IMG/VR virus record: IMGVR_UViG_3300014656_000022
Location: 9,544 to 73,543 of that record
DNA: 64,000 nt
Direction: 5' to 3' (one strand)
DNA from: a virus
Lineage: Duplodnaviria > Caudoviricetes
A program made the translations under genes and the position numbers. This document shows positions 41,119 to 51,825 of this stretch, piece by piece; the stretch's first letter is position 1; every line of letters starts with the position of its first letter. The notes beneath the pieces are model-generated. The model was not told the origin of the DNA. It worked only from the letters and a program-made list of their open reading frames with translations, and did not search any database.

Positions 41119-41715
41119 CTAGAGATCCTGGTCTAGCGGAATTAGAACTACCTCATCTTCCTCTTCGAATTCTACAACATCCCCGACTCGTGTCGAGATC
41201 TTGGGACCAGAATCTACTAGACTATCTGCTGGGACATCTCCCCCAGGAAAGAGAGATTGAACCTGCTTGCTCTGTATTGCTAAATGCTCTTCTAGAGCCT
41301 GTAGAACACTCTTGCGTCCTTTTCCAGTTTGTTCTAATTTGAGAGCTGCTCTAGTCTCTTGAAGAGACATTTCTGGGACTAATCTCTTAACTGTTGCATG
41401 ATGCCCAGAGAGAATATTCCTAACCTTATTCTCATCTACTACTACTTGCTTAGGTTCTACAGGAGGACTCCATGTAATTGTGGTAGCTTCTAGCTTAACA
41501 GCATTGATTAACTCGTCCTTATTATCTACAAGAAGTATTCCTCTTCTCATATTATAGAGGACCTGATTCCTCTCCTTTTCTGAGAGATTTTGGACAGAGA
41601 GTTCTCTTGGACCTGGGTCATCAAAAGTAAATGGTATCCAATTCTTCTTATCTCTATTTTCATCTCCGATAAAACACATTGAAATTCTACTCTCTGGATT
41701 CCATTGAACTTGCAT
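41119..41715 (-). CDS. Hypothetical protein between MCP and neck genes
   Basis: 198-aa ORF with an RBS-like purine tract, after the MCP terminator. Confidence 0.6.
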   Translation of the reverse strand: MQVQWNPESRISMCFIGDENRDKKNWIPFTFDDPGPRELSVQNLSEKERNQVLYNMRRGILLVDNKDELINAVKLEATTITWSPPVEPKQVVVDENKVRNILSGHHATVKRLVPEMSLQETRAALKLEQTGKGRKSVLQALEEHLAIQSKQVQSLFPGGDVPADSLVDSGPKISTRVGDVVEFEEEDEVVLIPLDQDL

Positions 41716-41729
41716 AAAGTTCCCCTTTC

Positions 41730-41764
41730 TTTAAAGAAAGAGAGGGGCACATTGGCCCCTCTCT
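41730..41764 (-). terminator. Intrinsic terminator after the major capsid gene
   Basis: 10-bp stem agagaggggc / gcccctctct followed by ttcttt on the minus strand. Confidence 0.75.
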
Positions 41765-41790
41765 AGATTATCCTATTCTATCAGGTCCCC

Positions 41791-43023
41791 TTAGAGAACG
41801 CTAGCAGTTGGGCTGATAGCGGTTACACTGCCAGAAACATCAATGGTAGCAGAAGCAGGCAGTACAATCTCGTTGGGTACGATATGAACATTCTTGAGAC
41901 AAGCAATAGCTTTGCCTTCGTTGAGAATGCCAATACCATATCGTTCCTTCAGCTTAATCTTTCGGATGTCAGTCCGTGGATCTTCAAACTCTTCTGTCAT
42001 GACATCATGAGCTACAGCCATTACACCTAGTTCAGCTGAATCGAACATGTAGATATCAGACAGCTTTCTCCGTGGGTCATATCTAACGAATGGAGAAACA
42101 ATAATCCGGAAAGGAATATTAAAGTAACTAGGTAATACAGGAGCACTGGTAATAGTCTGTGAATATCCCTCTAGAGGAGTAGCAGTTTCACCTGCAGCAT
42201 TCCCCCCTGGAGTAATAGTCTGACCACCAGACATACCAAGACCACCATGTGAACTTGCTTCCCAAGGAGCCCGCCCTGCTGGATTACCAGTGTGAGAGGC
42301 AAAGAAAACTCCACCACCACTATTCAGAACGAAAGCTCGAAGAGTTGCATCCTTAACACACATTACCCATGTAAGTGGATGCATGAGAAGTGTATTAGGG
42401 GTGAAACCTTGATTAATTACTTGAGCATACCCATCAAAGAGATCATCCATAGTTAGAGACCCATTGGCCCCACCTGAGAGGTCCCGACCAGTGCAAACAC
42501 CTAAGATTGAACTAGTAGGAGCTATGTTGTCAAATACAGGTTGACCCATTGCTCGGATATAGTTAAAAATCTTTACCTCTTTATGCCGAGCGAGGGCGCG
42601 ACCAGCCTGTCTGAGAAGCATCCCGATGACATCAAACTGGGAGTACATGATCATCTCTTCTGAGACCTTTACGGCTAGACCACATTTCCCAATGTTAGCT
42701 GTCACAGTAGCTCCACCCATGGTGGGACTACGTTCTGGATACTCTCCCATTTCACCGATATCAGCAGCTTGCATAGCTCCAATAGCGGGGAAAGAGATAG
42801 TTGGACCATAAGTATAATTGATACGTTGAAGCAAACTAGCACCAATAGTTAGTGGTTCGAGTGCTTCTTTCACAATATTACTTATGACCTTGGGCATAAG
42901 GATGGAGGCATTTGGCGATGCCAAGGCATCCTCTAATTTGATTTGGGTGCCGTCGAGAGCCCGCCCACTATTCCTCCAAAGGAATTCGAGCTGTCTGGCA
43001 TCTTCAATTTTTACGTTAGACAT
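41791..43023 (-). CDS. Major capsid protein (HK97-like fold)
   Basis: LMPKVISNIVKEALEP, EMGEYPE, GKCGLAVKVSEEMI...QAGRALARHKE, KLKERYGIGIL; follows protease and precedes a terminator. Confidence 0.9.
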   Translation of the reverse strand: MSNVKIEDARQLEFLWRNSGRALDGTQIKLEDALASPNASILMPKVISNIVKEALEPLTIGASLLQRINYTYGPTISFPAIGAMQAADIGEMGEYPERSPTMGGATVTANIGKCGLAVKVSEEMIMYSQFDVIGMLLRQAGRALARHKEVKIFNYIRAMGQPVFDNIAPTSSILGVCTGRDLSGGANGSLTMDDLFDGYAQVINQGFTPNTLLMHPLTWVMCVKDATLRAFVLNSGGGVFFASHTGNPAGRAPWEASSHGGLGMSGGQTITPGGNAAGETATPLEGYSQTITSAPVLPSYFNIPFRIIVSPFVRYDPRRKLSDIYMFDSAELGVMAVAHDVMTEEFEDPRTDIRKIKLKERYGIGILNEGKAIACLKNVHIVPNEIVLPASATIDVSGSVTAISPTASVL

Positions 43024-43047
43024 GGTGTTACCTTTGTCCTCCTCTCC

Positions 43048-44289
43048 TTAACGGGAAATTAGATTAATTCTTACAACTAGATTTGCGCCACCAGCATAAT
43101 GTACATTACCTGGTGCCCCACCGGTTGCTGAACCGGGCATCTGATCCATCTGGCCAGCGTAAGCTGGGAGAGAACCAGCAGCATCTGTAGATAGACTTGG
43201 ATAAGCAGTACGAACTCGATCGAGAGCATCCTTACCTAGAACATCCTCTCTTTCGATTACCTGTCCAAGAATATCGGCAAAAGTGTCGAAGTTATCAGTC
43301 TCAGCATCACCATAGGTCTTTGCGGTAGCTACAACAAAGTTTGAGTCTGAGTTGCACTTAACAAAACAACCTGGTGTTAGGTCACCAAGAGCACAAGCAA
43401 ACTTGGAGACATTAGTACCAGTTGGAGCTGATCCATAGTGATAGAAGTTGACATCGTAGTGACCAAGAACATCTGCTGATGCATAACAGTAGAAGTAGCC
43501 ATTTACTAGGTCGACATAGTAATCACCCATCTGGGTAATATCAGCCATTGCATCCTTCTCTACCGCAAAACGGGTAGAGGCATCACCACCGGTAATGGTA
43601 ATAGGAGTACGCATGGTATTCTTAGCCATTGGAAGTAGGCCAGTAAATGATCCAGCATCAGTCAGGAGAGCAATATTAGTACTTGCATCCCTGCTACTCT
43701 GAATAATATCAGTGCCTACAGATGAAAGAGCTGGAACTAGAGGTAGCTCAATGACATAGTCACAGAGTACACCCGCACGATGCTGGAGATTGAAGTTATG
43801 TCTCATATACCCAGCAGGATTGGTCCCATCATCATATGAGCTTGCATCACCAGCCCATTTCCAGAAAGGATAAGGAGCCACACCGATTGGCTTGCTTACC
43901 GCGAGTGCACCAAGTCCTCTTCCCATAAAGCTAGTTACTGCAGATACTAGAAAAGTCCCAATATTAGCAGTTAGAAGAGCTGAGCCAGTACGGACATCAA
44001 TTACGCCTGCTTCTACGTCGTTAGCAGCGTAAGTAATACTTGCACTACCAAGTCCATATTGGGCTGGAACTAGCTTAGAATCATTATCTAAAGCTAGAGC
44101 CTTTCCAGGCATACAGACCATCCACTCTGAGAAATACTTCTCGAAAAACTGAACTGGTAGCCAACATGCAGGCCACCATTCACCATGAGGGCGATCACCC
44201 TCAGAGTAGTCAACGACTGGAATAATATTGCCAATTTGGTCATAGGCTTTGTGGTTAGGATCGTATCGACCCAAAGTGTCAAAAGACAT
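43048..44289 (-). CDS. Putative capsid decoration / head structural protein
   Basis: Between protease and MCP; PIGVAPY, LTPGCFVKC...ILGQVI pattern; ggagg RBS. Confidence 0.55.
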   Translation of the reverse strand: MSFDTLGRYDPNHKAYDQIGNIIPVVDYSEGDRPHGEWWPACWLPVQFFEKYFSEWMVCMPGKALALDNDSKLVPAQYGLGSASITYAANDVEAGVIDVRTGSALLTANIGTFLVSAVTSFMGRGLGALAVSKPIGVAPYPFWKWAGDASSYDDGTNPAGYMRHNFNLQHRAGVLCDYVIELPLVPALSSVGTDIIQSSRDASTNIALLTDAGSFTGLLPMAKNTMRTPITITGGDASTRFAVEKDAMADITQMGDYYVDLVNGYFYCYASADVLGHYDVNFYHYGSAPTGTNVSKFACALGDLTPGCFVKCNSDSNFVVATAKTYGDAETDNFDTFADILGQVIEREDVLGKDALDRVRTAYPSLSTDAAGSLPAYAGQMDQMPGSATGGAPGNVHYAGGANLVVRINLISR

Positions 44290-44306
44290 GAATTACCTCC
44301 GGTAAG

Positions 44307-46388
44307 TTATCCGTTATCAGTTGGGAGCTTTCCCATAGCTTGACAACGTTGAATATATTTAGCAGCAGCAGTAGGTCCTTGACCTGGAGAAAAAAGTAGC
44401 TTGAGATATTGTTCTTCAATTTTTCCTAAATCCTCTGGAGTCACAACCTGCTCCTTTATCTCATCTTGTACTTGAGTAGGGTCATCTACTATTTCAGTTG
44501 GTGTTCTACTCATTCCATCACCGATTTTATTAACAATTCCCTGGAAGTCAACAAGTTCTGCAAGATTAATTGTTTCTGTATCTAGAACCTCGTCTGTAAG
44601 AGTAGCAAAATCTCTTTCTTTAACTTCCTTGTCATTCAGATTCTGAAGAATTGCTAAATGCATTTCCTTGGCTTTCCTAACCTGTTTGACACTCTCTACA
44701 AGCTTTTCTTTGAGAGTCTCAGTGTCTTTAAACATGGCCATATGCTCTTGTTTGAGAGTTTCGATTTCATCTCTCAATTCACCAATCTTTTCCTCGTTTT
44801 GAATAATTTCTTCTAGAAGTTTGTCTTCACAAACTGGGCTAAGAGCTAATTCTTCATTCACTAAGGCAAGAACTAAATTGTCTTTTCCAACCATTGTAGC
44901 AAGCCGCTTAAGAATACCCTGAAGTACTTTTAGTTCTTCGGCTTCAAAAACCGCTTCACCGTCCTTTTCAAAAGGCTTACCATCTTCGAGAGCTTCAATG
45001 AGCATATGCATAATTCTGCTATGCTGATAACTATCTTGAGTTGGCTGTTGAGTCTCATCTTTTGATTTGGTATCACATCCTAGCTTTTTAGCTTTTCTAG
45101 AGACACAAGCAAGAATTGTGCTTTTGTCTCCAGGACCTTTATATCGACCAATGAGTCTTCTTGCAGCAACTACATGAGCGCAATCAGGAACCGGAAAACT
45201 CTTATTTGGTCCACAGAAAGTTGACTTAGAGAGATCCTTTCGCTGCTTAGTAGAGAGTTTTGCATCCTCAATTTCCTTCAGAAATGAGTCCCGCACATCT
45301 TCGCTTTCAGGAGCTAATTCTCCATCAGTAATTGCTCCTTGGACTTCTGCCCATAGAAGTTCGTAGAATTGTTCCTCTTGTTCGTCTGTAAGAGTTTCAG
45401 CGTCCATGAGTACGGTTAAGATATCTTCTTGAGTTTCTTCTTGAGTTGAATCTTCAACAATAGTTTCATCTACTGGAGTTTCAACCTGATCTCCAACCTC
45501 TTGGGAGTTGTCAAGAGCGTCCATTAATCTCTCCTTAAATTGAGGGAATGAAGGTGCAACCTCATATACCCTACCAGTATTAGCAATTTCGATTTCATCT
45601 TTAATTCCGTTACAGTTTAACTGAAGAACCTTGCTATGTCTATCAGCTGGGAAATTTACTACTGAATATTCATCATAAATCAGGTCACCAGCAATAATGA
45701 AACAAGGAGCACCGTCATATATAGCTCCTGGTGTATGTTCGCATTTGCCAGATTCTGTCCAATCTTGTCTACAGGTAGAACAAATAGCTTGATTAGTAGT
45801 AGCTCCTACAGAGCCTGTTAGATAACGACCATCTAAGAACTTTGTAATAGCAGCTTGGTCAGTAATATTTGCTAGTATCTGAAGATATCCTAACCCTTCA
45901 TAGGTGCTATCACGGATAATTGAATCCCGTAAAAGAGAGCAAACAGTATCTACCGCCATTCCAAATGGCAATTTTCCTGCAATGAAGTCTTGTAGAAGAA
46001 CATCATTCAGAATGCCAATTTCTTTCCCTGCTCGATTCTTTATATGGATGCCTTTAACCAGGTCAAATTGATCTCTTACTACCCCAGAAGTATCTACATA
46101 AATAGAATCTATGATCCGCCCAATGGGATCACTGTGTTCCTGATGATGTACGAGAACTGGTTTGGCATAGTTCTCAATAAAGGTAGGTGCTCCCTTTTTC
46201 ATTCTGTCGGGGAGATAAAACCCATTATTTCTTGTGATAATTCCAGCATGAGTTGCAGCAATAGAAACTTGAAGTCCTTGAGGATGCATACTCATGGATG
46301 AATATGAACTTAGGTTATCATTCACCCGAGTCATACTCTCATCTGTAAACCTGAAAGTTACTAGATCGTTAATACGTAAGAAGTTCAC
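44307..46388 (-). CDS. Prohead protease fused to scaffold-like acidic/coiled-coil region
   Basis: AATHAG, PVLVHHQEHSDPIGRI, YLTGSVG, CSTC...CEH, EYSVVNFPAD; acidic linker; heptad-rich C-terminus; GTG start. Confidence 0.75.
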   Translation of the reverse strand: MNFLRINDLVTFRFTDESMTRVNDNLSSYSSMSMHPQGLQVSIAATHAGIITRNNGFYLPDRMKKGAPTFIENYAKPVLVHHQEHSDPIGRIIDSIYVDTSGVVRDQFDLVKGIHIKNRAGKEIGILNDVLLQDFIAGKLPFGMAVDTVCSLLRDSIIRDSTYEGLGYLQILANITDQAAITKFLDGRYLTGSVGATTNQAICSTCRQDWTESGKCEHTPGAIYDGAPCFIIAGDLIYDEYSVVNFPADRHSKVLQLNCNGIKDEIEIANTGRVYEVAPSFPQFKERLMDALDNSQEVGDQVETPVDETIVEDSTQEETQEDILTVLMDAETLTDEQEEQFYELLWAEVQGAITDGELAPESEDVRDSFLKEIEDAKLSTKQRKDLSKSTFCGPNKSFPVPDCAHVVAARRLIGRYKGPGDKSTILACVSRKAKKLGCDTKSKDETQQPTQDSYQHSRIMHMLIEALEDGKPFEKDGEAVFEAEELKVLQGILKRLATMVGKDNLVLALVNEELALSPVCEDKLLEEIIQNEEKIGELRDEIETLKQEHMAMFKDTETLKEKLVESVKQVRKAKEMHLAILQNLNDKEVKERDFATLTDEVLDTETINLAELVDFQGIVNKIGDGMSRTPTEIVDDPTQVQDEIKEQVVTPEDLGKIEEQYLKLLFSPGQGPTAAAKYIQRCQAMGKLPTDNG

Positions 46389-46421
46389 TTATTTACACCT
46401 CTTGAATATATATACAGCAAA

Positions 46422-49400
46422 TTATTTACCTTTCAAACCGTTAGAACAGATTGCAAGGGCAGATAACTCAATTTTGTCTTCACTCCATCCTGGATGGTCC
46501 TGTTCTAGTCTTGTTTTTACTTTTTGAACATAATGTTCTAACTTAACTTTATTTTGAGTAGTTATATCTTGAAGAACATGATCGCAGGCTGTCTCTGCCT
46601 GAATTTCAAGTTGTTCTTCGCTCCAGTCTGGATGTTGGACTCTAAGTCTTGTTTTAGTTTTCATCACACACTTAACAAATTGAGCCTTCTTTGATTTAGG
46701 TCCAAGAGTAGACTTGGTCTTCTTATGTGCATCCTGGACACTGGTTTCCGTAGCTAAGAGGACACACCCACAATTTGCATGAAATGGAGGAATGTCATCT
46801 ATATCCATGAGACTTGGATTATATAGCTCCCTTGAACGAGCGAGACAATCGTCACAGGGTTCTGGAGTAGTATTCTCTAGTTTGAGACTTACTACTTCTG
46901 TATCTCTCCATCTAACTAGTTGACCAAAACCATATCCTTTTCGGACTTCGACATCTTCAATAAAAGCTGTCCTGTAACGCAATGCACTAAAAACAGACCT
47001 GGTATTTAGAGCTATATTACTAAGAGGCTCCAGATTATCTACCCTTTTTTGAAGAAGAGAAACAATGTCATTGGTTAGCTTGGTAACAAAATGATTTGCA
47101 CGCTCAGTAAAAATAGTTCTAGCATAAGCAGTTCTTTGAATAAATTCAGGTCCTACAGCTCCACCCTGATGCAAATACCCACTTCTAAATGCAACAACCT
47201 GCTCAGCAATGAGTTGCTGAATAGTTGTTTCCATCTGGGCTCTAATTAGTTGCCCGACCCAATCATGTTCTAGTTGTCCCTTGATTTGAACATGAGCTAT
47301 AGCTCCCTCTGTAATCAAATCGAACGTATTGGCTAAATACCCATCTCTAGACTTTGGCCTAGATGGTCTTGTTGTAACGACGTTCTTCTTTTGTTTTGCT
47401 TTAGCAATAGCAGCTTTTTGCTTCTCTAATTCTATGTCCTTTTCTTGGGTCTCTGTCTTTGCAGTTTGTATATCAGACTCGGTTGTAATGAGAGAACTGG
47501 ACCTAGCTACAGCCTTAGCGAGTGCGCTCCACGGCTCATCCAGACTTTGTATTAATAGTTTGGGTTCTTCGTAGAGTTTCCAGTTGGTTCTGTTCCATTC
47601 TGGAAATTCATCACCACCGTCTCTCTCAGCTTCAATGTCTTCTCTTGATGGGATACGAAGAGGTTCTAAACCACAACCCAGCCTTCTTGTTTCGTCAAGA
47701 GTAATAATGTTCTTATTAAATTGGTCAGCATAGTGAGCTTCCTTTTTAATTTGAACATCAATATCTATTTCTTTAAAGCGGAGAAAACATTTATTTTCCT
47801 CATTGAGAACATCATCTCCATATGTACTCTCTAATAGTAGCTCATTTATAACATAGGTGTTAAAGAAGGTTTCAAAGACTTGTTGATAATCCTTTACACT
47901 GTCGATCAGGTTTCTAGAAAGATTATCGCTAGTACTTCTGTTTACAGTATTCCCCTGGATCGTCACTTTTCCATTACGTCTTGTGATATAAAGATGATGA
48001 GGAACATTGTAACAATAGATACCACCAGAATATTCTTTACTAGTAATCATTTGTGATTGAACTAGTCTATGTTGAACACTGGTTCTTGGAGAAGAAATAT
48101 AGACTCTCCACATTGGGTTTTTACCCCACGCTGCTTGGTCTTGTTCTACAAGAACAACTTTAGCATTATATCCTAAGGATAATGCTAAAATTTGAACATC
48201 ATCTGCCAACCCCTTGCTAGACGTATAGTAAGTCTTAAATTTACCTAGACCTTCATCCCACCCATCTCCTATAACCAAGGCCTGTAGAAGAGCTTCTCTA
48301 GCCTTTTGAGGCCACTCTAAGGCAAATAAAGGTATCCGCTTGTTTTTTGATCCATGCGGTACGTTCTTTCTAAGAAAAGAATATAAAGTTTTACCGTATA
48401 TCTTAATGCCAGACTGATTACTTTTTTTACTCTTGATTTTACTATAAGAAAGTCCTATTCGATCAGCATTTTGACAAATTAGGTCTAAATTTGCCCCTTT
48501 ATTTTGAGATATAAGTGTTCGATAGAAACCCTTGTTACCGTTAGATTTATCTATACATCCCTCAGAAATAAAGTAACCTAAGAATTCTGCAAAATCTACA
48601 AGCTGGCACGAAATACTCTTGCAAGGACCACCTCTTTTCGCTTTAGAAGCCTTGATAAAAAATCTATCTTTAGTTAAATTTTTATCTTCAAGAGGAGCAC
48701 TTTCTAAGACATAAAACTCTGTTCCATATTTATTATCTAATAACTCTTTTGCTTCAATAATCTCCCAACTATCTCTCCACTTAGCCTTAACCCACATTCT
48801 GTGGTGAGGAGTTACTTGAATATCTAAATGCTGACCCTGAATATGAATCATTTCTCCAGTATAATCATTAGCATATTTATAGTTAGCAAAACGATATTCT
48901 ACTTTCCATATATCTGGATTGAAGACAGCTATTTTCTCTTTTGTGTGGTCGATTTCGTAATGATATTTCCACCCATTCTCTGTTAAAGTTTGAGTGTCAT
49001 CTGAATAACATTCGCCTTCTCCGAGATCTACACTAGAAATACCAAGACCAGCTATTACCCTTTGTTTAAAATGTTTGAGATACCCTTCAGCCCTGAGTGC
49101 TCTTCCTTCAGCCCCAATAGCTTTAATATCATGCCTTTCTGGGGTAACTATTCCTCCTTCTGTAGGCATACGTTGAATCTCTGCTTTTACTACATCAATC
49201 TCTTTATACCCATCTTCTGTATATCCTGCTGGAGACTCTGGAGTACCTACTTTGTACTGGAAAAGAGGAAATAAATGTTGATAAATGAGTAGCTCTAAAT
49301 TTTCCTCAATTTTGCGAAGAGCACGAATATCATCTAAAACCGGGACCAAAAGAGGTGTTCCGTAAAGGAAGCCATCTTTTCTATCGTGGTAGAAATGGAT

Positions 49401-49991
49401 TACATCCTCTGGTTTATAGGTTCGATATGATCCATCTGGCATATGTTGCCGCCATTTGGATACTTTATTCCCAACCAGTTGACATTCCATTGTTTCAGCA
49501 GGAACAGGAAAGTATGCTGCTACTGGCTCTAGCTCTTTATTTGTTTGTGGGAGAGTTCTAATTTTTCCTCCAGATGCCTTTGTCTTTCTCACTTTTAAGA
49601 GAAAAGCATTAGATTTAAGGATTAAAGAAGCTCCAACCGCTCTGAAAAGCATCTTAGTTGAAAGACCAGAAGCCTGTTCTGTTTGAGCTAAACGAGTCTT
49701 TATGTAAGTAATAGTTTGCAGATTGGGACCAACCATATCCCAACCCTCTTTAAACATGAGTGCTGTCTTCTTAGCTATTGCTTGTCTGACAAAGGCTTCT
49801 GTATCCAGCACCTTTCCTAATTCGACTAAGTCATATTCCGGAACCTGAAAGGCTGATCTTCCTGTTCCATAAAGAGAACTATATGAAAGGACAGGATTCT
49901 TTACTGCAGGAATAAGAACAGGTTTAGAAGTCCGGGGGATATTGACTTGAGGCTCAGGAATCTTCTCCTGAATCTTAACTGTATCTTCCAA
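46422..49991 (-). CDS. Portal protein with intein and C-terminal gpF-like extension
   Basis: DVIHFYHDR...GTPLLVPVLDDIRALRKIEE...PLFQYKVG; TTG start with gggagg RBS; PPFHANCGC near the C-terminus. Confidence 0.85.
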   Translation of the reverse strand: MEDTVKIQEKIPEPQVNIPRTSKPVLIPAVKNPVLSYSSLYGTGRSAFQVPEYDLVELGKVLDTEAFVRQAIAKKTALMFKEGWDMVGPNLQTITYIKTRLAQTEQASGLSTKMLFRAVGASLILKSNAFLLKVRKTKASGGKIRTLPQTNKELEPVAAYFPVPAETMECQLVGNKVSKWRQHMPDGSYRTYKPEDVIHFYHDRKDGFLYGTPLLVPVLDDIRALRKIEENLELLIYQHLFPLFQYKVGTPESPAGYTEDGYKEIDVVKAEIQRMPTEGGIVTPERHDIKAIGAEGRALRAEGYLKHFKQRVIAGLGISSVDLGEGECYSDDTQTLTENGWKYHYEIDHTKEKIAVFNPDIWKVEYRFANYKYANDYTGEMIHIQGQHLDIQVTPHHRMWVKAKWRDSWEIIEAKELLDNKYGTEFYVLESAPLEDKNLTKDRFFIKASKAKRGGPCKSISCQLVDFAEFLGYFISEGCIDKSNGNKGFYRTLISQNKGANLDLICQNADRIGLSYSKIKSKKSNQSGIKIYGKTLYSFLRKNVPHGSKNKRIPLFALEWPQKAREALLQALVIGDGWDEGLGKFKTYYTSSKGLADDVQILALSLGYNAKVVLVEQDQAAWGKNPMWRVYISSPRTSVQHRLVQSQMITSKEYSGGIYCYNVPHHLYITRRNGKVTIQGNTVNRSTSDNLSRNLIDSVKDYQQVFETFFNTYVINELLLESTYGDDVLNEENKCFLRFKEIDIDVQIKKEAHYADQFNKNIITLDETRRLGCGLEPLRIPSREDIEAERDGGDEFPEWNRTNWKLYEEPKLLIQSLDEPWSALAKAVARSSSLITTESDIQTAKTETQEKDIELEKQKAAIAKAKQKKNVVTTRPSRPKSRDGYLANTFDLITEGAIAHVQIKGQLEHDWVGQLIRAQMETTIQQLIAEQVVAFRSGYLHQGGAVGPEFIQRTAYARTIFTERANHFVTKLTNDIVSLLQKRVDNLEPLSNIALNTRSVFSALRYRTAFIEDVEVRKGYGFGQLVRWRDTEVVSLKLENTTPEPCDDCLARSRELYNPSLMDIDDIPPFHANCGCVLLATETSVQDAHKKTKSTLGPKSKKAQFVKCVMKTKTRLRVQHPDWSEEQLEIQAETACDHVLQDITTQNKVKLEHYVQKVKTRLEQDHPGWSEDKIELSALAICSNGLKGK
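47949..49010 (-). mobile_element. Intein with LAGLIDADG homing endonuclease (354 aa) in portal
   Basis: GEGE|CYSDDTQTLT ... IYCYNVPHHLYITRRNGKVTIQGN|TVNRS; motifs FLGYFISEG and LLQALVIGDG. Confidence 0.92.
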
Positions 49992-50004
49992 AGCTGCCTC
50001 CCGA

Positions 50005-51825
50005 TTAGGCCTTATTTAGCTCTTCAAGCCACTTGTTGACTTGTGCAGCTTGAACCTTTGTAGTCTCAAAAGTACACTTGAAAACAACTCTTGATGGTAT
50101 AGTAATTCTCTCCACCGTTTTAGCAATAGTTGTATCCAGTGTGTCATCTCCGGTTAATCTTATCAGGGAATTTAATTTCTGCATAGCTTGATTATCATTA
50201 GGTGTACTGTTTGGATCAAAAGGAGCGCCAGAAGGACTTGTCCCTCCAGCTCTTACCAAAGCATCTAATGCATCTTGGATATCATCTCCGTTTTCTTCGA
50301 TATGTACATTTCCTTGATCGTCCGTCCAAATAGCAATCCCTTGTTTAGTTGGATAAAGAGCGGCAAAATCTAATGGTTCTTCGTTACAAGACCGCTTGCC
50401 TCTAATTAACTCTATGATAGCTGCTATCATCTCAATTAATTTAATGATTTCAAGCTTCTTAAACATTTTACTCATAGCAATGTCAGTGGCTCCAGTAAGA
50501 GACTTGAGAAGCTTTTGAAGCTCTCCTCCGAGATCCTGGACGAGTTGTTCTATGATATCTATTGCTTCTTTAATATATCCAAGAAGAGCAGTAAAGATAC
50601 TTCGGATATATCCCTTGAACTTAGCTATAGTAGCTCTAGCTTTCTGAATCTCGGTATAAGATTGCTCTTTTTGAGCTTCTTTAACACCATCTCTTGCTGT
50701 ATTCAGTCTCTTGTTATATTCAGCTTTTTGAGCTTCATCTGTAAGATCATAGTTCTTCCTATCAGCTTTGACACTAGCCAAATTAGCCTTAGCCTCATCT
50801 ACAGCTTCTTGTTCCATTTTGTTGACTTGGTGGAATGGGTTAATATCTACGGTCCCGCCCCAAGAAAGATCTGGTCTCTCCCATTCACCTATAGTTATAT
50901 CTTTACCAGCTTCATGAGAAGCCATTTTGGTCTGAGGAATGCCATAGAGAGAAGCGTCAGGAGTCATATGAGTTCTACCTTTGACTCCTTTAATAGTTAA
51001 CTCACTTTTCTTATTTCCTACTCCTCCTTTGGGACCAATACTTACATTTGCTGGAGGAGATTGAAATAGATCGCTATAGTCCAATTTGTCTAAAAAGGCA
51101 ACCATTGCATCAATTGCGCATTGCATTGGTCTAACGATGAGCATTGCGTATTGAGTAAGAGTATTTAGAACTGATTGAAGAAATGGTGTCATTAATGGAG
51201 CTATGAGATTGAGAATCATTCCGAAACTACTACTCAACTCTATAGCTAGCTTAGCTAGGACAGCCATTAGAGAGGCAATCATTCTCTGTAAATCAGGAAT
51301 ACAAAAAAAGTCTGTGAAAAACTGTTGGAGTTTACAGATATCTGCTACTGCATTATCTAGATTAAAGAAGTCTTGGAGACCTAGAAGTTGGTTCAGCATA
51401 CTCTCATATGTTTTGCCAACTCTTTCCCAATGCTCTCTCATCTCATCCCACATTTTAGTCCAATAAGCTTCAGCCGAATCAAATCTAAATTCGCAAGGAA
51501 AACATTCTTTCATCCTTTTTGCAAGTAGGTCTGCTACTGGGTCACCAACATAATGATATTCTGGAGCAGGATATCCTCCCAAAGAGTCATACGGTTCACC
51601 ACCTTCTGCAGCAAGAGCTTGACCACGAGTAGAAAACTTTCCTGTCTTAATAGCCTCACCCTTATCTACTTGATCAATAAAGGCTTGAGAAACGATCCTC
51701 ATATTATTCAAAATTGGTGTCATCAGGGCAAAGACACTCTCGTCTGTGACACAATAATGAGCCGCTCTCTCAAACTTCTTGGTAATAGTGAAACAATCTT
51801 GTGTATGAATGATAGGGAAAGCCAT
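50005..51825 (-). CDS. Hypothetical helical protein, 606 aa
   Basis: Long ORF coupled to its upstream neighbour; amphipathic helices, scattered Cys, central coiled coil. Confidence 0.6.
   Translation of the reverse strand: MAFPIIHTQDCFTITKKFERAAHYCVTDESVFALMTPILNNMRIVSQAFIDQVDKGEAIKTGKFSTRGQALAAEGGEPYDSLGGYPAPEYHYVGDPVADLLAKRMKECFPCEFRFDSAEAYWTKMWDEMREHWERVGKTYESMLNQLLGLQDFFNLDNAVADICKLQQFFTDFFCIPDLQRMIASLMAVLAKLAIELSSSFGMILNLIAPLMTPFLQSVLNTLTQYAMLIVRPMQCAIDAMVAFLDKLDYSDLFQSPPANVSIGPKGGVGNKKSELTIKGVKGRTHMTPDASLYGIPQTKMASHEAGKDITIGEWERPDLSWGGTVDINPFHQVNKMEQEAVDEAKANLASVKADRKNYDLTDEAQKAEYNKRLNTARDGVKEAQKEQSYTEIQKARATIAKFKGYIRSIFTALLGYIKEAIDIIEQLVQDLGGELQKLLKSLTGATDIAMSKMFKKLEIIKLIEMIAAIIELIRGKRSCNEEPLDFAALYPTKQGIAIWTDDQGNVHIEENGDDIQDALDALVRAGGTSPSGAPFDPNSTPNDNQAMQKLNSLIRLTGDDTLDTTIAKTVERITIPSRVVFKCTFETTKVQAAQVNKWLEELNKA

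Noticed and set aside
46389-46430. T4-like late promoter (TAAATA) at gene junctions
   Set aside because: Matches here and at about 50010 and 58070 mostly coincide with stop codons or AT-rich coding sequence, and most junctions lack it
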